64,000 nucleotides of DNA from Candidatus Bathyarchaeia archaeon (GCA_050012255.1 JBEKHN010000009.1:30660-94659); one strand, 5' to 3'. Shown: positions 1 to 9,106, numbered from the stretch's first letter. Numbers and translations are program-made. Notes: generated from the letters alone by a model not told the origin.

Positions 1-266
1 ACGCTGATGAAAGCTTCTTTGTCCCGTTGTTTAGTCAACCATTCAAGGTCTTTAACAAACGGAGATTCGCTCTTTCTCAGCCTGTCCATGAGCTTGTCGA
101 TCTTGCGTGCCTCTTCGGCTTTGTGGTTGATTTGGTCAACCCCGCCGTACTTGTCGACGATCTCCAGCAGGCCATTCACAAGCTGGTTGTCCTTTCTCAG
201 CAGAAAATCGTTGATTTCCTTCAGGTTTTCTTCATGAATTTTCAGCCTGTCCCTTAGGCTAGCCAA
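1..266 (-). CDS. Hypothetical protein, N-terminal part (runs off window start)
   Basis: Not in ORF track. Own translation from TTG at 266: MASLRDRLKIHEENLKEINDFLLRKDNQLVNGLLEIVDKYGGVDQINHKAEEARKIDKLMDRLRKSESPFVKDLEWLTKQRDKEAFIS..., open to the edge; GGAGG RBS upstream; divergent from the aldolase-Fae gene. Confidence 0.8.
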   Translation of the reverse strand, partial: MASLRDRLKIHEENLKEINDFLLRKDNQLVNGLLEIVDKYGGVDQINHKAEEARKIDKLMDRLRKSESPFVKDLEWLTKQRDKEAFIS

Positions 267-475
267 GACAGTCGCCCTCCAGATTTTAGTAACTGTTGAT
301 TGACTAATGGAATTTAAGTATTTTCGGTCAAAACGGGAGAATCGTCAGCGGACCCCCTCCTGGAGCTTTTTCGACTATGTAAACATTGAGTCTTAAACGA
401 TCTCACGAGATTGTTCCCGAATTCGAAGCTTAAACGATATAAGAGCGAGGTTTGACTAAAAGCTAGGGACGACGA

Positions 476-1954
476 ATGTTCAAGCCTGAAGGGATTTTTC
501 CAGCTTTGGTCACGCCCTTTACAGATGATGGAAAAGCCGTTGACGAAGAGAGACTTCGGACTCTGGTTAACCACTGCCTCAAACTAGGGGTCCACGGCGT
601 CGTTCCATGCGGGACGACCGGCGAATTCGTAAACTTGACAACTGAGGAGAAAAGGCGCGTGATCAAAATTGTGATCGACGAAGTTAACGGGCGAGTTCCA
701 GTAATTGCGGGAACAGGTTCCAGTGGAACCGACCAGACTGTGGAAATGACAAGATATGCGAAGGATGCTGGCGCAACCGCCGCCTTGATCGTCACTCCTT
801 TCTACCTGAAGCCAGCCGACCGCGGAATCTACGAGCACTACTACACGATAGCGAACGAAGTGGACATGCCGATAATTCTGTACAACATTCCCCAGTGCAC
901 AGGGCTGGATTTGCCCTGGCAAATGGTTGAAGACTTGGCCCAAATACCAAACATTGTCGGCGTAAAGGACAGTAGTGGGCAGCTCAAGTTCATACTGGCT
1001 GTTCTTGAGAAGGTGAGAGACAAGATTAACGTTCTTTGCGGGCACGACGAAGTCGTCGTGGCAGGGTTGGCTGCTGGCTGTTCTGGCGCGATACTGGCAA
1101 GCGCCAACGTGATTCCCGACATCTGGGTTCAAATCTATGATCACGTCAAGAAAGGCGAGCTTCAACAGGCACGCGAGCTGCAGTACAAGGTTCAGAAGAT
1201 AGCGAGAATCATTGCTGGTAGCGGAGCCGTAGGCACGAAAGAGGCTCTCAACATGATGAAAGTCAAGGTCGGCCCGGTAAGAAAACCCCTTAGCGTAGGT
1301 GGAGAACTGACCTATGAGGCAAGAGAAGAACTGCGTCTCGATTTGGAGAAGATAGGAAAGATAAAGCCCAAGGCCATCGCCTTCGAGATAGCCGAGAAAC
1401 CTATCGAAGAACGTTTTACTGCAATCGACCTGACACCAGAAATGATCAAGAGATTCAAGCTGCGTGTAGGTGAAGCCTTGGCTGGACAGGGCTCAGATGT
1501 GGCGCACATCGACCTTCTAATCGGCGAGAAAGATGGACCGGTTGCCGCCGCGTTCGCGAAGGCCAAGGCCACGCCAGCTTCTGGCCACGAGCCGTTACTG
1601 GCCATCTTGGAACCCAACCTGTCAGTGAAACCCGTAACCCTGATCGTCCCAACGGTCACGATAACCAGCATGCGCCAGGCAAGCATGGTTTACGGACCGG
1701 CCCAAGCAGCGGTGGCCAAAGCCGTGGTTGACAGTGTTGCAGACGGGACGATCCCAAGAGAAGCCACCGATGACCTCATAATAGTCGCGAACGTGTTCGT
1801 CCACCCGACAGCAGTCGACAGGCAACGAGTCTACATAAACAATTACAAGGCGATGCGACATGCTATCCGCAAGACGATGGAAGGCAGGCCAGACGTGGAC
1901 GAACTCATAGAGAACAAGGATCGGTCGAAGCACCCGTTTAAGTACACACCATAG
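476..1954 (+). CDS. dapA/fae: DapA/NAL-family class I aldolase fused to C-terminal formaldehyde-activating enzyme (Fae) domain
   Basis: GTTGE, LYNIP and GVKDSSG (Schiff-base Lys) motifs; C-terminal VGEALAG..AHIDLLIG..GPAQAAVAKAV..NYKA..HPF matches Fae. Confidence 0.9.
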   Translation: MFKPEGIFPALVTPFTDDGKAVDEERLRTLVNHCLKLGVHGVVPCGTTGEFVNLTTEEKRRVIKIVIDEVNGRVPVIAGTGSSGTDQTVEMTRYAKDAGATAALIVTPFYLKPADRGIYEHYYTIANEVDMPIILYNIPQCTGLDLPWQMVEDLAQIPNIVGVKDSSGQLKFILAVLEKVRDKINVLCGHDEVVVAGLAAGCSGAILASANVIPDIWVQIYDHVKKGELQQARELQYKVQKIARIIAGSGAVGTKEALNMMKVKVGPVRKPLSVGGELTYEAREELRLDLEKIGKIKPKAIAFEIAEKPIEERFTAIDLTPEMIKRFKLRVGEALAGQGSDVAHIDLLIGEKDGPVAAAFAKAKATPASGHEPLLAILEPNLSVKPVTLIVPTVTITSMRQASMVYGPAQAAVAKAVVDSVADGTIPREATDDLIIVANVFVHPTAVDRQRVYINNYKAMRHAIRKTMEGRPDVDELIENKDRSKHPFKYTP

Positions 1955-2763
1955 TGAAGGAATTGGCAAGTCAAGTAATAACCGAAGGTGACCTCGTACT
2001 TCTCAGCCTCAGTCAGAGGAAAACCTACCTAGTCAGAGTTGAGCAAGGCAAGAGCTTTCACACGCACAAGGGTTTTGTCAGATTCGATGACCTGATAGGA
2101 AAAGATTTCGGTTCCACAATCCTGAGCAGCCTGGGGTTTGAATTCGCAGCCTTGAAGCCTCTGCTGCGCGATTTCATTATGAAGTCAGCGAGGCAAACGC
2201 AGATAATGTATCCAAAGGACATAGCCCTGATAGTTATGTTCAGCGGCTTAGGCCCAGGAAGCAGGGTCGTTGAGGCCGGAACAGGGACCGGTGCAATGAC
2301 AACGGCCTTAGCACATTATGTGAGGCCCAACGGAAGAGTGTACAGCTACGAGATAAGGGAAGAATTTCAAAAGACAGCCAAGAAAAATCTGGAAAGAGCG
2401 GGTCTAATTGATTTCGTGGAACTGAAAAACAAAGACGTTACCGCTGGAATAGACGAGAAAGACATTGATACGGTAATCCTGGACTTAGCGGTTCCTTGGC
2501 TAGTCGTCCCTCATTCATTTACGGCCTTGAGGTCCAGCGGGACAATAGTGACGTTCAGCCCAACGATAGACCAGGTCGTCAAGACTGTTGAAGCATTGAA
2601 TGAAAATGGCTTCACCGACATTGAAACGGTCGAGTGTCTGATGAGAGGCATGCAGATAGAAAGGGGAAAGACTCGACCGCAGACTCTGATGACAGCCCAT
2701 TCTGGCTACATCACAACTGCTCGCAAAGCCACGAAGAACATCGCTTCCATCAGCCCTTCATAG
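1954..2763 (+). CDS. trmI: tRNA (adenine-N1)-methyltransferase, TrmI/GCD14 family
   Basis: FHTHKG, QIMYPKD, EAGTGTGA SAM motif, LDL..PW, HSGY. Confidence 0.92.
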   Translation: MKELASQVITEGDLVLLSLSQRKTYLVRVEQGKSFHTHKGFVRFDDLIGKDFGSTILSSLGFEFAALKPLLRDFIMKSARQTQIMYPKDIALIVMFSGLGPGSRVVEAGTGTGAMTTALAHYVRPNGRVYSYEIREEFQKTAKKNLERAGLIDFVELKNKDVTAGIDEKDIDTVILDLAVPWLVVPHSFTALRSSGTIVTFSPTIDQVVKTVEALNENGFTDIETVECLMRGMQIERGKTRPQTLMTAHSGYITTARKATKNIASISPS

Positions 2764-3613
2764 CCCCTGCAATTGCGAATATTTCAATTGGATGTTCAGT
2801 TTCAAGTTTATTGCCGAATCTCATCCGGATGCTTTTGTAGCTCTGGACAAAGCCATGATTGCGCAGCATGCAAACGGCTGTTGTGTTTGGTGATGGGACA
2901 CCAACGTGGATTTTTGAATTCGGTTCCAGCCTACTAATGCATGTGGCAAACAGTTCTTCCGCGTTCTGTCGTTGTCCAGTTCTACACACCCACGGTCCAA
3001 GCACGTATCCATTTTCTGCCTTCCTGCAGGTGATGTAGCCAATTATGTGCGAGTCCGAGTGCGAGACGAAGCTCAGTTCTGGGTTTTCACTGAAAAGTCT
3101 GCTCAGAACTCTGCCCCTGTATCCCCCGAAGTATTCTGCATCAAATTTCGCGATATCCTCAATCATCTCTTGTTCTATCGACTTGACTGAGGAACTTTTC
3201 GAGGGTTGCAGTTTTTGACTGGTACCCATGAGCCGGAGAGAATCGAATTCATACGCGAATCCCACATTTCGGTACAAATCTGCAATCTCTTGAACAGCAT
3301 CCAGTTCCACTGTTTCAACTTTCCGACCTTGCAAATAGCCAAGAGCTTTCTCCATCAAGACCGTGCCGATTCCGCTCCTTCTGTGCTTTGAACTCACGAT
3401 GAGTAACCCGACCCATCCCAGCGTTCCATATGTTATGGAAAAAACGTGACCAACAGGTTCTCCGCCCACATCGGCCATGAAACAACCTTCAGGTTCGAAG
3501 TCAAGCATGCGAGCAATGTCATTCCTCGTCACATTCCACTGCTCAGTCGAGGTCATTTTGTGGGCAAAGTCTATGTCTTCCCTCTCGAACCTACGGACAA
3601 AGACACGCGGCAT
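2750..3613 (-). CDS. GNAT N-acetyltransferase with tandem domains
   Basis: HRRSGIGTVL acetyl-CoA motif, LYRNVGF; second domain with LGPW. Confidence 0.85.
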   Translation of the reverse strand: MPRVFVRRFEREDIDFAHKMTSTEQWNVTRNDIARMLDFEPEGCFMADVGGEPVGHVFSITYGTLGWVGLLIVSSKHRRSGIGTVLMEKALGYLQGRKVETVELDAVQEIADLYRNVGFAYEFDSLRLMGTSQKLQPSKSSSVKSIEQEMIEDIAKFDAEYFGGYRGRVLSRLFSENPELSFVSHSDSHIIGYITCRKAENGYVLGPWVCRTGQRQNAEELFATCISRLEPNSKIHVGVPSPNTTAVCMLRNHGFVQSYKSIRMRFGNKLETEHPIEIFAIAGAMKG

Positions 3614-4121
3614 TCTTTTCCACCCAGCGAAGAGAGTCTGTAAAACTCGATTGGTGCTTCGAGAATTATTAAGGCTGATGACACAACTTAGTGCGTTACT
3701 AGCACGTGTCGCAACAACGTTGGGTTCCTGGCCGATAGGACGCGCGAAAGGAGTGCATGCAATGAGATCCGAAACGAAAAGGAAAAGGAGAGTGCCCCAT
3801 CAACTAAACTGCTGTGAGAGAACTTCTTAGCGTATCCAATGGCAAGCATGCAATATGCACTAGAAGATTCTTCTAGAATGCTCTTTCATAAGCAATAAAT
3901 CGTTCAGCTTTTCGTATAGTTCTTGTTCAAGCTGACATTGTACAGCCGAAAGGAGAAGGGAGAAGAAGGATTGCGCACTCCATCAAGGAGTGCGTGATCC
4001 CAACCAACTCCAAATTGACGTTAAGCCTTCTCAAGAGGCTTTCAGGCCGCCGCGCTAAATCTGGATTTGGGGTAAACAAGATTGAAAAGCGTTGTTTCTT
4101 AACGTTGCCTAAGCGATCTCC

Positions 4122-4694
4122 ATGCAAAGGATTCCCGAGCTTGAGTATCCAGGAATAGTCAAGGTCTACAGGCAACGGTTCGACAGGATGGCAACACCAG
4201 AGTACAAACAAGAACTGCGCATCCACGCAGAAGCTGTCTTACATGACCCCGTTAGGGGCCTAGACTGGAAGCAACTGTTGAATTGGGAGCATCGACACCT
4301 TGAGTACACCAAGGAAGAATTGCCTAAACCAAGAGCAGAAATGCCGATTGACATAATCGTTCAAGCCAAGGGCAGGTGCGGAGAGTTTGCACTGCTCTAC
4401 AACGGATTGTTGCTGGCGAATGGCTATCAAACACGGGTAGTGATCGATTGCTCTGTACTTCAAGACAAGTCGAGGAAGGTGGCTGGAGACCATGTTTGGA
4501 ACGAAATTCTCTCCGAGCGCATTTGGATGCACGTGGATCCTACCGAGAAGAGGATCAACTGCCCATCGATGTACGCTATGGAATGGAGCAAGGATGTGAA
4601 CTTGGTCTACGCGATCGCAGAAAAACAGATTCTGGATGTTACGGAGAATTATCGTATCCACATCAATGAGGCTAACTGCAGTGGCCTTCTGTGA
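4122..4694 (+). CDS. Transglutaminase-fold protein resembling peptide:N-glycanase catalytic core
   Basis: GRCGE (Cys), DHVWNE (His), WMHVDP (Asp) catalytic triad motifs. Confidence 0.8.
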   Translation: MQRIPELEYPGIVKVYRQRFDRMATPEYKQELRIHAEAVLHDPVRGLDWKQLLNWEHRHLEYTKEELPKPRAEMPIDIIVQAKGRCGEFALLYNGLLLANGYQTRVVIDCSVLQDKSRKVAGDHVWNEILSERIWMHVDPTEKRINCPSMYAMEWSKDVNLVYAIAEKQILDVTENYRIHINEANCSGLL

Positions 4695-5084
4695 TGACAC
4701 GATAAAAACTGTTGAACACTGTGAGTTCTACGATGTGAGGTTTGCCATGTTATTCTGGAGGCTCTCATGCGTTGCCGTCCGAGTAACTCTGAGCTTTCAT
4801 CCTGTGTGTCAATCTAATGCCTTTTCATCATCCGGCAAAGGTACAGTAGTGAAACTGGAAATAAAAAGTTTGACGCCACGGAAGCGATTTCTCGCGCGAT
4901 GAACTACAGATTGCGCGTCCATAATCTTCTCTTTCTACAAAAAGCACATAGTCTACGATTGACAAGAATGCCGGACTGACCGTCTACCGTTCTCTTTAAG
5001 CACCCTGTAAAGGACCGAAAGACTACGTTGAAACCTTCCGAAACAGGACGCGGCAAGTTCGTTGGACCCCCTTCGCGTATGAAT

Positions 5085-5096
5085 TGTGAATTCACA
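5085..5096. promoter_or_regulatory. Perfect palindrome TGTGAATTCACA, candidate operator
   Basis: 12-bp palindrome just upstream of a TATA-like GTTAAGTA and the 5149 ORF. Confidence 0.3.
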
Positions 5097-5148
5097 TTTT
5101 GGATTCATAAGACAGTTAAGTACCAAAGGCTTATCGTGTGCGTAAACA

Positions 5149-5346
5149 ATGGAGGAAAGCCCTTTGAAAAAAACATTGACTCTTAAAGAAAGAAAGGAAC
5201 TGCAGAACAAAATGGCCAAGGTTTTCAATAGAAACGTCAAAGGACTCTCAGCAGAATTGCAACGAATATTGGTAGACGACCTGGTCACAGCCTTCCAAAA
5301 TAGAATGAACGTGTTAATTCGAGCACAGGCGAAAAGGAGCTACTAA
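5149..5346 (+). CDS. Small basic helical hypothetical protein
   Basis: 65-aa ATG ORF with TATA-like box upstream, co-oriented with the neighbouring regulators. Confidence 0.65.
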   Translation: MEESPLKKTLTLKERKELQNKMAKVFNRNVKGLSAELQRILVDDLVTAFQNRMNVLIRAQAKRSY

Positions 5347-5433
5347 CGGAGACTATTTACAGAAAAGACTTAGCTTGAATCCGTAAAACCTTTATATGGA
5401 GACCTGTAATATGGGAAAAAAGAGGTTTGAACA

Positions 5434-5730
5434 ATGAGACGTTCCAAACTTGAGATGTACATAGACATACTCAAGGTATTGGCTCATCGAGGCCCGTTGA
5501 AGCTGACTCACATTATGTACAAGGCTAACGTTAATTGCAGTGTTCTAAAAGAATACTTAGACTTCCTCATCAAGCAGAACCTCGTTGAAGAACGAATGGT
5601 GGGGAAACGACGCATCGTCTACGCTGTGACCCAGAGAGGCATAACAGTGCTCAAGTACTTCAGAGAGTTGAAGCAGGTTCTGCCGATACTTGAAGAAGAG
5701 CTGAGAAACCGCGTCCCAGTGCCTTACTAG
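5434..5730 (+). CDS. Winged helix-turn-helix transcriptional regulator (HTH_45/ArnR1-like)
   Basis: MRRSKLEMYIDIL..THIMYKANVN..LKEYLDFL..Y.VT.RG signature; GAGGT RBS. Confidence 0.9.
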   Translation: MRRSKLEMYIDILKVLAHRGPLKLTHIMYKANVNCSVLKEYLDFLIKQNLVEERMVGKRRIVYAVTQRGITVLKYFRELKQVLPILEEELRNRVPVPY

Positions 5731-5744
5731 GCTACCTCCCGAAC

Positions 5745-5776
5745 TTTTTTGACAGAGTTTTCTTCTTCGTTTTCTT
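5745..5776 (+). terminator. Oligo-T archaeal terminator candidate
   Basis: Several T-runs right after the wHTH stop codon. Confidence 0.35.
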
Positions 5777-5977
5777 GATGCTCGAACCCATTGATTGATG
5801 TCAGATGCTGCAGGTCAGCTCGATCGGCTCGGAGAGAACATCCTTTAAGCACACGTTTAGAAGACTTGTTAAGATCGTTGGTATCTGTCGCGGGTTGTCT
5901 TGTGAATCATTATCATTGTTTCGTAAGACTTAATAAACCGCTTTGTCTTTTATCATGGTGTACGCGCTTAAGACACG

Positions 5978-6370
5978 TTGAGGAAAGACACTTTGTCCAA
6001 GGAAGAAGTTCTTGCGAAAAAGCCTCTGCAGGTTCTAGAAAAGATCAGAGACAACCTTGAGAAGCTGAACGAGAAAGTGGAAGTCATGATTGAACTGCAG
6101 AAGCATGAGAGAAAAGACATTCAACAGCCACTGCCAGACACTCCTCTGGACGTTATGACTTTGCTTTCGATGCCTGACCACCTGAGAAAAACTGCTATGA
6201 CTATCTGCAGGTTGGGCAGGGCTACAGCAGACGAGGTCGCTGAGCAAACAAAGAGGGCGAGGGCTGTGGAAAGCGCGTACTTGAACCAGCTCGTAATAAT
6301 GGGCCACCTTAAGAAGGAGAGGAATGGAAGAAAGGCCTACTTCTTCGTAGACAGGGAAAACCAGGAGTGA
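5978..6370 (+). CDS. Coiled-coil plus winged-helix DNA-binding protein
   Basis: N-terminal heptads; ATADEVAEQTKRARAVESAYLNQL..GHLKKERNGRKAYF wHTH; exact start uncertain. Confidence 0.8.
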   Translation: MRKDTLSKEEVLAKKPLQVLEKIRDNLEKLNEKVEVMIELQKHERKDIQQPLPDTPLDVMTLLSMPDHLRKTAMTICRLGRATADEVAEQTKRARAVESAYLNQLVIMGHLKKERNGRKAYFFVDRENQE

Positions 6371-7149
6371 TCGGTATGGGTAAGATATTAGCTGTGCACT
6401 CTTATAAGGGCGGAACGGGGAAGACGCTTCTTTCAGTCAACCTGGCTGCAACCTTTGCCAAGCATGGAAAGAGTGTTTGCTTGCTTGACCTTGACTTCCG
6501 TGCTCCGAGCCTTTCTACGCTGCTGAAGATTGACAAAGCAGAGTACTGGTTAAACGATTATCTCAACGCAGTGTGCGAGATCAACAAAGTACTGATGGAC
6601 CTAAGCGACAGGATTGGCAACAGCGGCAAACTCTTCGTAGGCTTGGCCAATCCGTCCACCGAAGCGATCAGGGACATGTCTGCAAAAGACAGAAAGTGGG
6701 AGATGCGGGCATTAGGAAGACTCCTTGCTCTAAAGACTTCGCTCTTGAACGACAAAGGCTTCGACTACTTGATACTCGACACAAGCCCTGGATTGCAATA
6801 CTCGTCCATAAACGCGATTGTCAGTGCGGACCTTGTCCTCGTCGCAACGACATTCGACCGATCAGACGTGGATGGAACTAGACGCATGCTGAGAGAGCTG
6901 TACGACCTGTTTGAGAAGAAAACCGAAATCGTCCTAAACAAAGTCCTAGACGGCTCCTTGAGAAGTGGGAAAGACGACGTGAAGACCAAGCTTAAGGAAG
7001 TATATCAGGTTCCGCTTCTAGGGATAGTTCCGTGCTTCTGCGATGTCCTGAAGGCTGAGGGAGGGGTCATTTTTGCCCAAGAAAAACCAGACCATCCCTT
7101 CACCAGAATCGTAAGCGAGATGGCGAACAAAATAGAGGGCATGAGCTGA
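6367..7149 (+). CDS. MinD/ParA family ATPase
   Basis: Deviant Walker A KGGTGKT, LDLD, ILDTSPG; GTGA overlap with upstream stop (alternative ATG at 6376). Confidence 0.9.
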   Translation: MIGMGKILAVHSYKGGTGKTLLSVNLAATFAKHGKSVCLLDLDFRAPSLSTLLKIDKAEYWLNDYLNAVCEINKVLMDLSDRIGNSGKLFVGLANPSTEAIRDMSAKDRKWEMRALGRLLALKTSLLNDKGFDYLILDTSPGLQYSSINAIVSADLVLVATTFDRSDVDGTRRMLRELYDLFEKKTEIVLNKVLDGSLRSGKDDVKTKLKEVYQVPLLGIVPCFCDVLKAEGGVIFAQEKPDHPFTRIVSEMANKIEGMS

Positions 7150-7158
7150 TTTTCGTCT

Positions 7159-7278
7159 CTAGCACGCGGCTATTCTGTTCAACAAATAATGAATTCTAAA
7201 ATCTCTGCACTTTTCATATTCCTTCTCTCCGCACTTGTTGCAGATGATGCGACTGAGTTCCTTAACTTCTAAGCTCAT
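7159..7278 (-). CDS. Possible small Cys-rich (zinc-ribbon-like) protein
   Basis: MSLEVKELSRIICNKCGEKEYEKC.. from internal ATG at 7278; only 39 aa. Confidence 0.35.
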   Translation of the reverse strand: MSLEVKELSRIICNKCGEKEYEKCRDFRIHYLLNRIAAC

Positions 7279-7422
7279 CTGACATCCCGTTGCACAAGGC
7301 CACGAGCAATAAAGTGTCCGCCTATATACTGTATTCCAGTTAAGAAATATTTCACGCAAAAAACTTATACAACCGAACGGATACGTTAAGAACCTCACAG
7401 CGGTGACGGAGACCACTCATTA

Positions 7423-8040
7423 TTGGAAAGATCAGCAATCATACTGGCAGGCGGGTTTTCCAGCAGGCTAGGCCAAGACAAAGGACTCGTTCAATTGTCG
7501 AACAGACCTCTTGTAAAACACGTTATGGACAAGACCAAAGACCTCGTTGACGAAAGACTGGTGGTTGTAAGCTCAAAGGTTCAGGCTGACAGGTATTCAA
7601 ATGTCCTAGGTGAAGACGCCAATGTTCTCGTTGACGACGCTGGAGTCCCAGGCCCGCTGGCAGGTGCGACAGCCGGCTTTGAACGCGCACAAGGGAAGTA
7701 TTCGCTCCTCCTCCCATGCGACACGCCATTCGTTTCGCGGGACATTCTCCACCTTCTGTTAGAACTGTGCATAAACAGAAACGCAGCTGTCCCTCGATGG
7801 CCGAACTGCTACACAGAACCTCTGCAGGCAGCGTACTGTACGAGACCCGCGTTGGAAGCCTCCAGAAACGCATTGCTTTCGGGCAAGTTAAACCTGCAGG
7901 CGATGGTAGATAAGCTGCAAAGAGTGCGTTATGTCTCGACCCTGGTGCTCGAGCAATTAGACCCGCGGCTGAGAACGTTCTTTAACGTCAACACTGCCCT
8001 AGACCTGAAGAAAGCGGAAGTCATGCTAAAACGTTCATAA
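7423..8040 (+). CDS. mobA: Molybdenum cofactor guanylyltransferase
   Basis: ILAGGFSSRLGQDKG, GPLAG, PCDTPF, EPL, FFNVNT. Confidence 0.92.
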   Translation: MERSAIILAGGFSSRLGQDKGLVQLSNRPLVKHVMDKTKDLVDERLVVVSSKVQADRYSNVLGEDANVLVDDAGVPGPLAGATAGFERAQGKYSLLLPCDTPFVSRDILHLLLELCINRNAAVPRWPNCYTEPLQAAYCTRPALEASRNALLSGKLNLQAMVDKLQRVRYVSTLVLEQLDPRLRTFFNVNTALDLKKAEVMLKRS

Positions 8041-8367
8041 GCAACGTCAACTGCTTGCGCTGTTATGGTGCCTGAACGTGCGCGTGCGCTAATCTCGGGG
8101 GCCCTCATGTACGTAGGCCAGCTTACCGTGCAGGTCAAACAGGACTGCCTTCGTTTTTGGCAAGCGGGTCACCTCGTTGGCCTAGATTCGTCGTCTTGCG
8201 ATGAAACACCAAGAGACTATGAGGACTATGCAGAATGAGCGGAAAAAGCTCGAATAAAGGTAAACATCATTTGCTCAACTGTGTGGTTACGTGCCGCAAA
8301 GCTTTTAAACCGATGCTTAGCTGGCCGATTCCTAGACATACTCATGTGAAATGCCGAGGGGCCAGAC

Positions 8368-9084
8368 TTGAATATTGAAACTGAGTTGCTAATTTCAATA
8401 CTGAAGTTGACAAAAGACGGGCCTGTTTCACAAGAAGTAATCAATAAGGAGCTCAGGGTCCCGGCAAGTCTTGTAGAGAGATTGCTTCGAAAACTGCAAA
8501 GTGATGATCTCATTTATCTCCATGGGAGCATAGTGCAGGCTAGTAGCGTGCAACGCCTTCGCTTGGCTGTTCGCGGGCTAGAATCAGGTGGCGACATTGA
8601 AAGAGTGAGCGGTTTTCTTCAGTGGAAAGAGTTTGAAGGCATGGCCGCGGTTGCCTTAGAGAGCAATGGTTACACTGTGGTGAGGAATCTGCACTTTAAA
8701 CATGGTGGCCGCAGATGGGAAATAGACATCGTCGGCTGGAAGAGTCCAATAGTCGTGTGTTTGGACTGCAAAGACTGGCACCATGGACTACAAGGGTCAG
8801 CAGCAGAGAAGATTGCTGAGCAGCAGACAGAACGAACGCGCGCGCTGGTTATGTCGTTGCCAAATCCGGCTGTAAAGATCGAGTTCCTTTCTTGCGGCAC
8901 CGCAAAGTTCGTGCCTGCCGTCTTGTCTCTCACCTTTGACAAGTTCAAATTCTACAAGGGAGTTCCCGTCGTCCCAGTCCTTCAACTGCAGGATTTTCTA
9001 AATCAACTGCCGGCCTACGCGGACTCGTTGCTTTGCCTCGGCGCAAATGGCCTGAAAGATTATGCTAGAAACAGCCTTCAGTGA
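8368..9084 (+). CDS. wHTH plus PD-(D/E)xK restriction-endonuclease-like protein (Mrr/NERD-like)
   Basis: WKEFE, EIDIVG, LDCK motifs; N-terminal HTH. Confidence 0.78.
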   Translation: MNIETELLISILKLTKDGPVSQEVINKELRVPASLVERLLRKLQSDDLIYLHGSIVQASSVQRLRLAVRGLESGGDIERVSGFLQWKEFEGMAAVALESNGYTVVRNLHFKHGGRRWEIDIVGWKSPIVVCLDCKDWHHGLQGSAAEKIAEQQTERTRALVMSLPNPAVKIEFLSCGTAKFVPAVLSLTFDKFKFYKGVPVVPVLQLQDFLNQLPAYADSLLCLGANGLKDYARNSLQ

Positions 9085-9106
9085 GATCGCTTTTCGCAAG
9101 AATCGG

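Noticed and set aside
3675-3780. CTGATGA followed by a stem, possible hammerhead ribozyme
   Set aside because: No correctly placed GAAA after stem II and no closing stems I/III with a cleavage triplet
8114-8184. 9-bp closing stem TAGGCCAGC/GTTGGCCTA with internal hairpins after mobA, possible Moco riboswitch or ncRNA
   Set aside because: Downstream rather than upstream of mobA, no recognisable family motif, and compatible with chance pairing
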